NCBI GenBank assembly: GCA_002269645.1
Contig: NIVC01000836.1
Location: 6,681 to 70,680 of the forward strand
DNA length: 64,000 bases
Direction: 5' to 3'
DNA from: Macrostomum lignano
Lineage: Eukaryota
In this document: positions 23,301 through 35,354 of the stretch, one piece after another
Numbering within the stretch: the stretch's first letter is position 1
Layout: each line of letters opens with the position of its first letter
Translations under genes and position numbers: made by a program
Notes under the pieces: model-generated
What the model saw: only the letters and a program-made list of their open reading frames with translations
What the model was told of the DNA's origin: nothing
Databases searched by the model: none

Positions 23301-24393
23301 CGCCGATTTTTTTAACCTGTAGTTCTATTAATTTAATGCATTGTGTATTTGTACTAAACGGTCTGCGTCTTGTGCGGCCGGTCAATTCTCGCCTAGAGAA
23401 ATGGGCTCAAGTTTACAGTATGTTACTAAAGTTTAAATGTTTGTCGTTGCTAGGATCCACGTCTCCCATTCTATCCTATTCTCTATCCTTTCCTTTGTTA
23501 TCACTCGTACGTGTTTTCTTGTTCCTGTACAGTATACATGTACTCACTAGTCTGCAGATCCCCACCGCCGCGGGCTTAGATGAGGCTGACAGTTTCCAAA
23601 TTCAAGAGAGACTGGAATAAGCTAAAGACAATTGCAAGTACTGCACAGTGTACGTGTGCTGTGCAGAATCCAGTATGTAGCATACGGTTGGGGCGGAAAG
23701 GGAGGCGATGCTTTGGAGGGAGGGGAAGATTGAATGGGGGAGAGGAAGGGGAGAGGTAGAGAGAGGAGGGTTGAGAGGGAGAGAGGAAAGCTGAGAGGGA
23801 GAGAGAGGAGGGTTGAGAGGAAGCTGAGAGGGAGGGAGAGATAAGAATGAGAGGGAGAGGAGGAAGCTTAGAGGGAGAGGATGAGGTTGAGAGGTAAGGG
23901 TGAGAAGTACAGAAAGATGATATGGAGAGTGGAATCAATTCCTATTCATATATGAGAATGTTTTTGCTATAAAATAAGAATTTGAAGCTCATTTGAAGAA
24001 GTCCAATTGTCAGGACTGCATATCGAGTATGGAGAGGCGCCTTGCTCAGCCGCAAGAGAATGAAAGCGTCATTAAACCAATCAACCAAAATTTAAAATCG
24101 TGAATACAAAAAGGCTAAACTAAAAACCAAGAATTGCAGCCTTCAAGTGGATTTGCAAGCGTTTATTTTTTTTAGTTTTCGTAAAACCTTTCGCTAAGTC
24201 GAATCGAATGTAAGAATTTTGAGACACAGAATCTTACAGTACATGACTACTGAGTACGGTTTATTACAAACGATATATAATTTTCAGTAGTGCTGGACTA
24301 ATAATAATGATAATTTAATTTGCTAATTCGCCTACTACAAGTAGCCGGATGAGGGAAAACGAAACAGTCTAAATAATGATAGTAATTGCATCG

Positions 24394-27300
24394 TCAGCGA
24401 CTGGCGGACAAGTCGGACAGGCCGGCCAGAGTCTCCTGGTCGAACTTGCCGCGCTGCGGATTCGCCGAGGTGACCAGGGCGTCGCCCAGTTCGGCCAGCA
24501 GGCGCTCGCCGATGTCCTCGGCGATCTGGTCGTGCTGCCTGAACGCGGCCAGCTCGTGCTGATCCAGGTGCTCCAGGCACTGGCGGCGGCCCTTCACCCG
24601 GACCTGATGGATTCGCTCCATGTGCCGCTCCCGGTTGGACTTGGTCGAGAAGGCGTGCTCACAGCGGGTGCATGCGTACGGCTTGTGGCTGGTGTGCGTG
24701 ATGATGTGCCGCTTCAGCGATGACATCCAGGGGAAGGCCTGCCGGCAGGACTCGAACGGGCAGTAGATGAGGTTCGGCGCCTCTTTGTAGGAGTTTTTGC
24801 GAGACTTTCTCTGCTCGGCCGATTGCGAATGCCGACGCCCGTCCTGGTCGATCATGTCGACGTCCACGTCGACGTCGATGTCAACAGCGTCGTCGGCTGC
24901 GTCGCTAAGGTCTCCAAGGGTGCAGTCGTTGCTGCTGCGGCTCTGGTGCTCGTCGGTGTCGTCGGCGCTGACGCAGCCGGGAGTCGGCGTCGAGGTTGCC
25001 GCTTTGCCATCTGGCTGCGCCAGCGGCGGAAATGTCGGCAGCATCGGCTGCGGGGCCTGAGGCTGCTGACTGAGAGCGGACAGCCACAGGTGCTGCTGGC
25101 TGCTGCCGGCCAGGGCAGCCAGGTGGTGCAGGCTCCACGGCCAGGGAAGGCAAGCGGCCGCGGCGGCTGCGGCGGCTGCTGCGGCAGCGGCTGGCCAAGG
25201 CTGAGCAGCAGGCGTCGCGAGAGTCTGGCGAGGCGGCGCCAACGCGGCGGATGAGCTGGGAGCAGCGGGGATCGTTGCTGCCGACTTCTGCACTGTCAGG
25301 TCCAGCGGCTGGTCGGTGGCGGCCGACTGAGCAGACGGAGCCACCCGGTCGGAGCTGGACCGCTTCAGCGCGCCTTTCAGCCAGACTGGCGGAGCCTCCT
25401 CCAGCTGCGCCTCCTCGCCGCTGTCGTCATCAAACGCCGCTACGGCGTCAGCGGCCGCCGGCGCTTCCTCTGTCGCTGTCGTTGAAGAATCGCCGACACC
25501 GCCGCCGCCGCCCGGACGACGTCCGCGACGTCCGCGACCTTCGCCGCTGAGATGGCGGTCGACCTGGTCGGCCAGGCCGGGATCATTCCGGTGGGTCTGC
25601 AGGTGCCGCCGCATGTTGCCGTTGGTGGTGAAGGCGGTCGGGCAAAGCGGACAGGCGAACGGCCGCTCGTCTGTTGGGATTTGGGAGATTTTTCTTAGAT
25701 ATTTTGAAAGATGAAGGATGTGGGAGCAGATGAGACTGGGACTGCTGTGCGAATTGGGAAGCGAAATTGGAAACCGGGAGAGAGGAGAGTGGAGAGGGGA
25801 AGCGGGAGAGGGGGAGCGGGAGAGGGGGGAGCGGAAGAGGGGGAAGGAGAGGGGGAAGGAGAGGGGGAAGCGGGAGAGGGAAAGCGGGAGAGGGGAAGCG
25901 GGAGAGGGGAAGCGGGAGAGGGCAAGCGGGAGAGGGCAAGCGGGAGAGGGGAAAGCGGGAGAGGGCAAGCGGGAGAGGGGAAGCGGGAGAGGGGAAAGCG
26001 GGAGAGGGGAAGCGGGAGAGGGGAAGCGGGAGAGGGGAAAGCGGGAGAGGGCAAGCGGGAGAGGGGAAGCGGGAGAGGGGAAGTGGGAGAGGGGAAGCGG
26101 GAGAGGGGAAAGCGGGAGAGGGAGGAAGAGAAAAATCAGAGTCAGAGGATGGTTGACAGAAAACTTCTACCTCAACATACTACTCATGCGAGTAGAAATA
26201 ATAGTAAATGCAATATTTATTTAAAACACTCACCCGAATGCGTGAGCATGTGCCTATCTAGCGAGGACTGCGAGCTGAGCTCCTTGCTGCAGATGGCGCA
26301 CCTGTGCTGCCCAACTGAATCGCAATCCCGATTGTGCGTCCTCAGGTGGGCGGTCAGCTCGATTTTGCTTCTGGCCAGCACCTGCCTGCCGTTCTGGTCG
26401 CAGAGCGGGCAAACGAACACCTCCTGACCATTGAGCAGCTGTTTCGGCAGGACCTGTCAATTCCAGCGGGAATTTCGGTTGAATTTTTTTTCGATACGGC
26501 GGCGGAGATAAGAGATAAGGATAAATAGGTTTACATTTTATACAAAATTTTCCCAAGTGTGTTTTATGACTGGCAAGCATACCACCTGCACCATAGGAAG
26601 AACTCGCCGCCCTAGCAACTGTCCAGTATCTCTGCCAAGCTTCATCTTCATTTCTATGCGCAACCAACGAATGAAAAAAACTTTGTGATACCAAAAAAGT
26701 GCCTCCGCTTTGAGTGCCCGCCTCCTAACACCCGAAATCCCAGATGGGGGAGGGGATGGGAGTCTGCACGGTCAAGGATCGACGCCGAGAATAAAAGTCT
26801 GGTAGGGGGGGGGGTCATCCAGGGGTCAGCCATGATTGTGAGGCAATCATATCATTGACTGACTTGTCTGCAGTTCTATGGGACTTGACCGCAGTCTCCT
26901 TGGATCCTCTTCTTTATCTATAATAACTTTATTGCTCGTTTCCCGTTCCCACCAAAAATAAAAAGTTAGATTTCGAGTCGAATATGGACTGCGAGTTGTG
27001 TCCCGCATGCAGATGCAGATGAGGCTGAGGCTGGCTAGACAGGCGCCGGCAGCGGTTATATAAAAATAGGAAAAGAAACTAAGACTCCAAAGCTAGAGTC
27101 TGTGTAGTCTGTGTTACCCTTTACTTCCTCTATACTAGTTTGTTTACATCTTTTTTTTTCAGAGACCCATGAATGTGAGAAGGCAAACCAATCCAATCAA
27201 CAAAGGTGATTGACACTGGATCGGGTAGTTCAGAACTCAAATTGCACTAAAAATCCTAAAGTTAAATAAAGACTTTGAGTTCGGTATAGCTTTGAACTCC

Positions 27301-27835
27301 TGTCATTCTTTGTCCCCACTCTTTTGCTTCCAGAAAATTTGCTTCCACAAATCAACAATAGGGGACCTCAGGTGTTTTGCGTTTGCACCTTATGCACACT
27401 TAATTTCAGTTTGATAACGACCAAATGCGAGCGTACAGCCATAAACCAGCCGGTTGGTAAACAAAAATAAAATAATTAATTAATATCGCACCTTAGTAGC
27501 AGAGCTCCTCCGTCCACTTCCGCCGGGCAGAGTCTGCAACTTCTTCTGTTGCTTCTGCTTTTGCTGCTCTTGCTGCTCTGGCTGATCAGGCCGCAGCAGA
27601 TGCAGCTGATTCGACGCGAAATTCGATGTCGACCAAGTCAGCCCCATGAAGCTCTGGCGCTGATGAGAGGCTGCAGTGTGATGCAAAGTTAACAGTTCAA
27701 AGTTCCCAGTTGAATGTTATTGCAATTTCTAGGAAAATAAGTATGAATTATTAAATTACCAAACGATGCAGGCCGCAGCAGAGCATCAGCGCTGCCAAAT
27801 TCGTCCTTGAACTGCTGATGTTGCAGTAGAGTCAT
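24394..27835 (-). CDS. RREB1: RREB1/hindsight(pebbled)-like C2H2 zinc-finger transcription factor (about 583 aa, 4 exons, 5 fingers)
   Basis: Exons 27835-27760, 27670-27492, 26453-26234, 25670-24394 splice in frame. Finger motifs [37 protein letters not shown] and [38 protein letters not shown] match the hallmark N- and C-terminal RREB1 finger pairs. PLDLT is a CtBP-type motif. Confidence 0.87.
25778..26125. repeat. 14/15-bp (GCGGGAGAGGGGAA)n array in RREB1 intron 3
   Basis: Direct inspection; inflates the 524-aa ORF at its N-terminus. Confidence 0.92.
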
Positions 27836-28173
27836 GGTTCGAGTTTAATCTCGAAGCTCTGCAGACTATAGACTTGGGAGTTTGGTAAGCTAGGATGTGG
27901 GAACTAAGATGATGATATTGTGCGAGTCGATTCCCACTGTTTAAATAGCGATGGTGGAGCAGTCAGGCAGGAGGCGGAGGCCGGAGGGGGAGGGACATCC
28001 TCTTTGGACCGGAGCCAATTCCTCCCTGAGAGAGTGGCTATTGGGGGATTGAGCAAGCTCACCCGAGCTCCTGCTCTCATTGGCCCGGGGGGCGGCGGCG
28101 GCGGCGGCTGCGGCCCACGCTGATTACGTGAAGCCGAGGGAGAGTTGAGCAGGAGTAGGGGGGTTGGGTGAGA

Positions 28174-29925
28174 CAAGGACTTCTCTATATAGCATCTGGA
28201 CTGGAAGCTTCGCAATTTTTTTTCCGTCTCTATACCTCACAGGGGCAAAAGAAGAAAAGACCCAGAAGGAGGAAAGGAGACAGGAAAAATTTAACTGTCA
28301 AGCTGGCCATAAACATGACAAAGACACTGTACACAGAAAAGAAGCAAAGTTCAGGGGCATGCAGGGAAGAGCTCATGGGGTAAAGTTTATCCCCCAACAA
28401 TGAATCTTTAACATGTACGTTTATCTTGAAAACTAGTCTGCTATTCGGACTGAGTCATGACTGGAGGTGATGAGTGGGAGTCCCACTCCCACGTTCTATA
28501 TATACTGACGAGCTGGCTGTACTGTACAAATGAAAAAGAAAATTTTGCCTTCAGTGCCTGCCTCATCAATTTCACAATACTGCTACAGTTGCTTCAAGCA
28601 CTGACAATTTTGTTCCAACAAAATGGTTAAGTCGTGCTCAGCACAGGGCTGCGCTAATCGAGCCTCCTCGGACAAGCGAATGAGCTTTCATGGCTATCCT
28701 ATGCACAATGCAGTCCTTCTTGAACAATGGAAGCGAGCAAATCCAAGGCAGAACTTCGAGCCTACCAAGAGCTCAACCATTTGCTCTGCGCACTTCCACC
28801 CCAAGACTTCGTGGAAAACTCTCTGGACACCAACGCCAACGCGAACCGCAAGAAGAGCCGGGACCAACTGTCGAGGCGGTGTCTGAAGCCAGGGACGGTG
28901 CCGTCTATCTTCCCGAATAGACTTATCTCTCTTCTTATCTCTCTTCTGCCGGTCAACTGCGGCAACATCAACTCAGCGCTTGGAGAGAAAATACTGCACT
29001 GCAAGGCCAAATTGATGAGTTCCGAGATGCGGACTCAATCGTTGACGACTACCTTGATGAAGTGCAGCTAAAACTGAATCGAGAGGAAGGAAAACCGGCA
29101 GGATTTCATACCACCATGCTTGCTGACCAGCTGTATCTACACGCTGAACATGGAGCCTTCCTTTCATGTCTCCTGCTACATCTACATGGATAAAGACCAC
29201 AGCATCACTATTGGAGTCAACTGAGTGTTGCTAAAGCCAACCCGACTCAGAGACTTACTTTCGGACGGGAAAGTATCGACTCTCAGTCAACTAGTCAACA
29301 TAATATCCAGAGTCAAGAACTGGGAGGTAGACACTGACAGTGCCAAAGCTGAAGGCAAGGCCAACCGTATGCTTGACATGGCCCAAGATCTTCTGGAAGA
29401 AGCGGAGAATCTTGTTAATAATCGCACTGTTGGCTTCATTTTGGAGCAGCTGAAACTCAGCAGGCAGCCGAGCTGCAGAAGGAGATATTCACAGCAGCTC
29501 ATGATCTTCGCTTATGTTCTGTACTCCACCAGCGCTTCGGCTTATAAGACAATACTGGAGCAGGACGTCCTCTGTTTTCCATCTGATCGAACCCTTCGGT
29601 CTGCTTCAGCCAAAGTTGGTTCAAAGAATGGTCTAGACATCGAAAGCTACCTTCAGTTGAGAGCATCGAAGTTATCGAAATTTATCGAAATCGAATCGAA
29701 AATCGAAATTTTTAATAATCGAAATTATTAAAAAAAGAAATCTAAATCATTCTGAATGAATTTTTATTAAGCTCATGATTTATATAACAATATAAGTGCA
29801 TAATGGCCAGCTATCTAATATACGATGTAACTAGGATCTAAGCTATTTTGGGAAGGGCTTTTGCCCCTCTAAGGTATATGCGGGTGGGGAGCTTCCAGTC
29901 CAGATGCTATATAGAGAAGTCCCTG
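28174..29925 (+). mobile_element. P-superfamily (THAP-transposase) DNA transposon, internally deleted, 1752 bp
   Basis: 36-bp TIRs CA(A/G)GGACTTCTCTATATAGCATCTGGACTGGAAGCT at 28174-28209 and 29890-29925 (1 mismatch). 7-bp direct repeat GGTGAGA at 28167-28173 and 29926-29932. CA...TG termini and an internal THAP transposase remnant. Confidence 0.9.
28623..29690 (+). pseudogene. Disrupted THAP-domain P-element-like transposase, N-terminal part only
   Basis: MVKSCSAQGC...W...TICSAHF then a frameshift near 28800 to QDF...LKPGTVPSIF (THAP C2CH with AVPTIF-like box). Further frameshifts, in-frame TGA at 29222-29224, then FILEQLKL...RRYSQQLMIFAYVLYSTSASAY...FPSDRTLR. Sequence breaks off before the catalytic DDE/RNase H region. 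Confidence 0.85.
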
Positions 29926-30889
29926 GGTGAGAGAAGGCAGGACCACCCCTGCCTGTGTTGGTTGCTATGCTCAGCTCTGCCCCATTCATTTCGTTTTATA
30001 TCCCATACCCTCACTCGGACTCGGAATTCCTGTTGTTTAGTCTTTGTTGCCAGCGGCCCCTTCGCGGTGCCCGACACACTTTGGCGTCGAGCCAAAAGCA
30101 CCGCTTTATCTCTGCTCACCAACCCCAATCTCATAGCTCAGGCTCCTCCTCAACTCGGTCCCGCAGGCTCAGAAATTCACGTCACATCATCAAACATCCC
30201 ACACAAGCAGCTTTCCCACGGACAGCCCGCGGTCTTTTTGGCGGGCTTCCAGTTTAGTATCAGAGACAGACAGTTAGTGCAGTAAGTGATACTGCAATAT
30301 GGCCCGCACTCCCCTTCCCGATATCAACACATCCCTCCCTCACCCACTGAACTCCTTCAAGCTTTTTTCCCACGTTCTTTTCTTGGCAAGCCGACTGACT
30401 GACTGCATGGTATCTTTGTGTTGTTTACTGCCGACAGGCGGCGGTAGCAATATAAATATATCAGTGTATGAATGCAGGCATTATCTCTGTATAAGTATCA
30501 GATAAAGCTTGCCCGGCCTGGCCTTAAAAATCTTTTTAAAAAGCCACTATATTTCTGCGCTGTTGCTTTCACAAGAGCACGCGTGCCGCAACCGCCATCC
30601 CCTCACCGCGTCAAGAGGGGCTGAGACTCGAACTTGCCAAAAAGTTCCCATTACAGTGCGGTGTGGGATTGTTTTTCTAGGAAATAGATAAAAATAATAT
30701 TATTCCCATGCTTAGTATTATGGGGTTGGGGGTCCCGAGATTTCTAAACCAAGGATGCTTTATCAAATTTGCGCTGCCGAGCTGAGAAATTGACCTTAGA
30801 TATCATTTTAATAACAGATGTGACCAAACAGCATTAAAATAATGCATGTAATGAACGAAACTGCTTATGACTGAACATGAGTCTGCTAT

Positions 30890-33565
30890 CTCTCTGATCT
30901 CTATTAGATCTCACTCTGAACTCTATTAGATCTCACTCTGAACTCTATTAGATCTCACTCTGAACTCTATTAGATCTCACTCTGAACTCTATTAGATCTC
31001 ACTCTGAACTCTATTAGATCTCACTCTGAACTCTATTAGATCTCACTCTGAACTCTATTAGATCTCACTCTGAACTCTATTAGATCTCACTCTGAACTCT
31101 ATTAGATCTCACTCTGAACTCTATTAGATCTCACTCTGAACTCTATTAGATCTCACTCTGAACTCTATTAGATCTCACTCTGAACTCTATTAGATCTCAC
31201 TCTGAACTCTATTAGATCTCACTCTGAACTCTATTAGATCTCACTCTGAACTCTATTAGATCTCACTCTGAACTCTATTAGATCTCACTCTGAACTCTAT
31301 TAGATCTCACTCTGAACTCTATTAGATCTCACTCTGAACTCTATTAGATCTCACTCTGAACTCTATTAGATCTCACTCTGAACTCTATTAGATCTCACTC
31401 TGAACTCTATTAGATCTCACTCTGAACTCTATAAGATCTCACTCTGAACTCTATTAGATCTCACTCTGAAGTCTATTAGATCTCACTCTGAACTCTATTA
31501 GATCTCACTCTGAACTCTATTAGATCTCACTCTGAACTCTATTAGATCTCACTCTGAAGTCTATTAGATCTCACTCTGAACTCTATAAGATCTCACTCTG
31601 AACTCTATAAGATCTCACTCTGAACTCTATTAGATCTCACTCTGAAGTCTATTAGATCTCACTCTGAACTCTATTAGATCTCACTCTGAAGTCTATTAGA
31701 TCTCACTCTGAACTCTATTAGATCTCACTATGAACTCTATTAGACCTCAATGATCTCTATTAGATATCACTCGGAATTCTATTAGATCTCACTCTGAACT
31801 CTATTAGATCTCACTCTGAACTCTATTAGATCTCACTATGAACTCTATTAGATCTCACTCTGAAGTCTATTAGATCTCACTCTGAACTCTATTAGATCTC
31901 ACTCTGAACTCTATTAGATCTCACTCTGAACTCTATTAGATTTCACTATGAACTCTATTAGATCTCACTCTGAACTCTATTAGATCTCACTCTGAACTCT
32001 ATTAGATTTCACTATGAACTCTATTAGATCTCACTCTGAACTCTATTAGATCTCACTCTGAACTCTATTAGATCTCACTATGAACTCTATTAGATTTCAC
32101 TCTGATCTCTATTAGATCTCACTCTGAACTCTATTAGATCTCACTCTGAACTCTATTAGATTTCACTATGAACTCTATTAGATCTCACTCTGAACTCTAT
32201 TAGATCTCACTCTGAACTCTATTAGATCTCACTATGAACTCTATTAGATCTCACTATGAACTCTATTAGACCTCACTCTGAACTCTATTAGATCTCACTC
32301 TGAACTCTATTAGACCTCACTCTGAACTCTATTAGATCTCACTCTGAACTCTATTAGATCTCACTCTGAACTCTATTAGATCTCACTCTGAACTCTATTA
32401 GATCTCACTATGAACTCTATAAGATCTCACTCTGAACTCTATTAGATCTCACTCTGAACTCTATTAGATCTCACTATGAACTCTATTAGATCTCACTCTG
32501 AACTCTATTAGATCTCACTCTGAACTCTTTTAGATCTCACTCTGAACTCTATTAGATCTAACCCTGAACTCTATTAGACCTCACTCTGAACTCTATTAGA
32601 TCTCACTCTGAACTCTATTAGATCTCACTATGAACTCTATTAGATCTCACCCTGAACTCTATTAGACCTCACTCTGAACTCTATTAGATCTCACTCTGAA
32701 CTCTATTAGATCTCACTCTGAACTCTATTAGATCTCACTCTGAACTCTATTAGATCTCACTATGAACTCTATAAGATCTCACTCTGAACTCTATTAGATC
32801 TCACTCTGAACTCTATTAGATCTCACTATGAACTCTATTAGATCTCACTCTGAACTCTATTAGATCTCACTCTGAACTCTTTTAGATCTCACTCTGAACT
32901 CTATTAGATCTCACCCTGAACTCTATTAGACCTCACTCTGAACTCTATTAGATCTCACTCTGAACTCTATTAGATCTCACTATGAACTCTATTAGATCTC
33001 ACCCTGAACTCTATTAGACCTCACTCTGAACTCTATTAGATCTCACTCTGAACTCTATTAGATCTCACTCTGAACTCTATTAGATCTCACTCTGAACTCT
33101 ATTAGATCTCACTATGAACTCTATTAGATCTCACTCTGAACTCTATAAGATCTCACTCTGAACTCTATTAGATCTCACTCTGAACTCTATTAGATCTCAC
33201 CCTGAACTCTATTAGACCTCACTCTGAACTCTATTAGATCTCACCCTGAACTCTATTAGACCTCACTCTGAACTCTTTTAGATCTCACTCTGAACTCTAT
33301 TAGATCTCACTCTGAACTCTATTAGATCTCACTCTGAACTCTATTAGACCTCAATGATCTCTTTAGATCTCTCTGATCTCTATTAGATCTCTATGATCTC
33401 TATTAGATCTCACTCTGAACTCTATTAGATCTCACTCTGAACTCTATTAGGTATCACTCGGAATTCTATTAGACCTCACTGATCTCTTTAGATCTCTCTG
33501 ATCTCTATTAGATCTCTATGATCTCTATTAGATCTCACTTTGAATTCTATTAGATCTCACTGCCC
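30890..33565. repeat. 22-bp minisatellite (CTATTAGATCTCACTCTGAACT)n, about 120 units
   Basis: Direct inspection. Confidence 0.97.
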
Positions 33566-34169
33566 ACTGATCACTATTAGCTCTCTCTCTGCTCGCAATT
33601 AGATCTCACTGATCTCTTTAAGTTTCTCTCCGCTATCTTCATCTCTCCTCTACTTGCCTTCTCAGTGTTTTAATTTCTTATTATTTCCCAGAATTTTTCT
33701 CTACTTTCTGTGTTTCGAATCAACCCAGTCTCCTCTATTATCTTTCCTGGAAATTTTGCTCCTTTTGCGTGATGTGCTCGCAAATATGGTTATAGAAGCG
33801 ATTATAGGAATGACCTTTTCTATTCCGAGCTTCATTCTTGACTCAAACAAAGAATTAGACAGGTTCGCACGTTTTCCGAATACTTTAATCGTCAAGGGGG
33901 ATCTGAGCTTGGTCTGGGATAAATCAAAGTCTAAGAATAGAATCTTATTAACAGGACGTGATTGACCGGTCGTTTTCACGGATCAAACGATAGAAAGAGG
34001 ATGAAAGCAGCATACTGAGGACTTGAGGGTTGAGCAAGAGCTCAATCAGATGGCTGCATCCTGTGTGTCACACTGCAAATTGCGACACCATGGTGAAAAT
34101 CAGAAAAAAATTTATAGAATATTTCTAGATCGAACGAAAAAAAGCTGAGAAGATAAATACATTTTTGCA

Positions 34170-34795
34170 AAGTGTCCAGTTTGTGAATTGTCCAGTTTGT
34201 GAAGAGTCCAATCTGTGAAGTGTCCAGTTTGTGAAGTGTCCAGTTTGTGAAGTGTCCAGTTTGTGAAGTGTCCAGTTTGTGAAGAGTCCAGTTTGTGAAG
34301 AGTCCAGTTTGTGAAGTGTCCAGTTTGTGAAGTGTCCAGTTTGTGAAGTGTCCAGTTTGTGAAGTGTCCAGTTTGTGAAGAGTCCAGTTTGTGAAGAGTC
34401 CAGTTTGTGAAGAGTCCAATCTGTGAAGAGTCCAGTTTGTGAAGAGTCCAGTTTGTGAGGTGTCCAGTTTGTGAAGAGTCCAGTTTGTGAAGAGTCCAGT
34501 TTGTGAAGAGTCCAGTTTGTGAAGTGTCCAGTTTGTGAAGTGTCCAGTTTGTGAAGTGTCCAGTTTGTGAAGTGTCCAGTTTGTGAAGAGTCCAGTTTGT
34601 GAAGAGTCCAGTTTGTGAAGAGTCCAATCTGTGAAGAGTCCAGTTTGTGAAGAGTCCAGTTTGTGAGGTGTCCAGTTTGTGAAGAGTCCAGTTTGTGAAG
34701 AGTCCAGTTTGTGAAGTGTCCAGTTTGTGAAGTGTCCAGTTTGTGAAGTGTCCAGTTTGTGAAGTGTCCAGTTTGTGAAATGTCTGTTTTGTGAA
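34170..34795. repeat. 16-bp minisatellite (GTCCAGTTTGTGAAG(T/A))n
   Basis: Direct inspection. Confidence 0.95.
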
Positions 34796-35354
34796 GCGAC
34801 TCCCCCGAGGAAAAGTGGTGTGAGTTAATGAGGATGTAGAAGAAAGAAAAGCCTCAAAACAATAAAGCCCCTAGAAAGATCCCACAGCTTCAACTAAAGC
34901 AAAAAGAGCAGCTGAAATAAAAACTGAAAAAACGAACGCACTTTGAATTTTCCCACAGTCCGTCTGCGGGAGGGGAATTTACTTGTGCTTGCAGTAAATT
35001 GCACACAGGCCTGACAGTTTGTGATTCTCTTTATTGTGGAGTTTGCAGATGGAAGTTGCGAGGTCGTGAGAAAGGGGTACAAATAGCAGATGCTGCATTT
35101 GATCGCGCCATCATGCTTAAAAGTCCCGAACTCAGTTGTAAAACTCGAGTTCGAGCTTTGAAGATCTGTTTTTGAATAACAGAGGTAATGACCGCTGGCT
35201 CATATACAACATCGGGCGCATAGGAGGTAGGAGGCTGGAGCTTAAATAATATAAAGTTACTATATATACATAGTATAATACTGTAGTATATTACTATCGT
35301 ACATAAAGTTAATAAACTCAAAGAGGGGGCGGTGTGTTAAATTTGATGGGGTTG

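Noticed and set aside
21490-23322. 610/476/286-aa Leu-Ser-Pro ORFs; likewise 13586-14713, 18907-20613, 9002-9649, 42861-43670, 48583-49917 and 52791-53391
   Set aside because: All are stop-free frames through CT/GA-rich or tandem arrays that lie in introns of the models above or in low-complexity intergenic DNA.
25671-25968. N-terminal extension of the 524-aa RREB1 ORF (PSPASPLPL repeats)
   Set aside because: Intronic GA/CT repeat; the real exon starts at 25670, completing the S-D-ERPF linker.
30890-33565. Regular 20-35-bp repeats as possible CRISPR arrays
   Set aside because: Units are head-to-tail with no unique spacers, there are no cas genes and the context is eukaryotic.
33654-33979. 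Overlapping 103-aa (+) and 92-aa (-) ORFs between two arrays
   Set aside because: AT-rich codon usage unlike the verified exons, no recognisable motif and no convincing splice chain.
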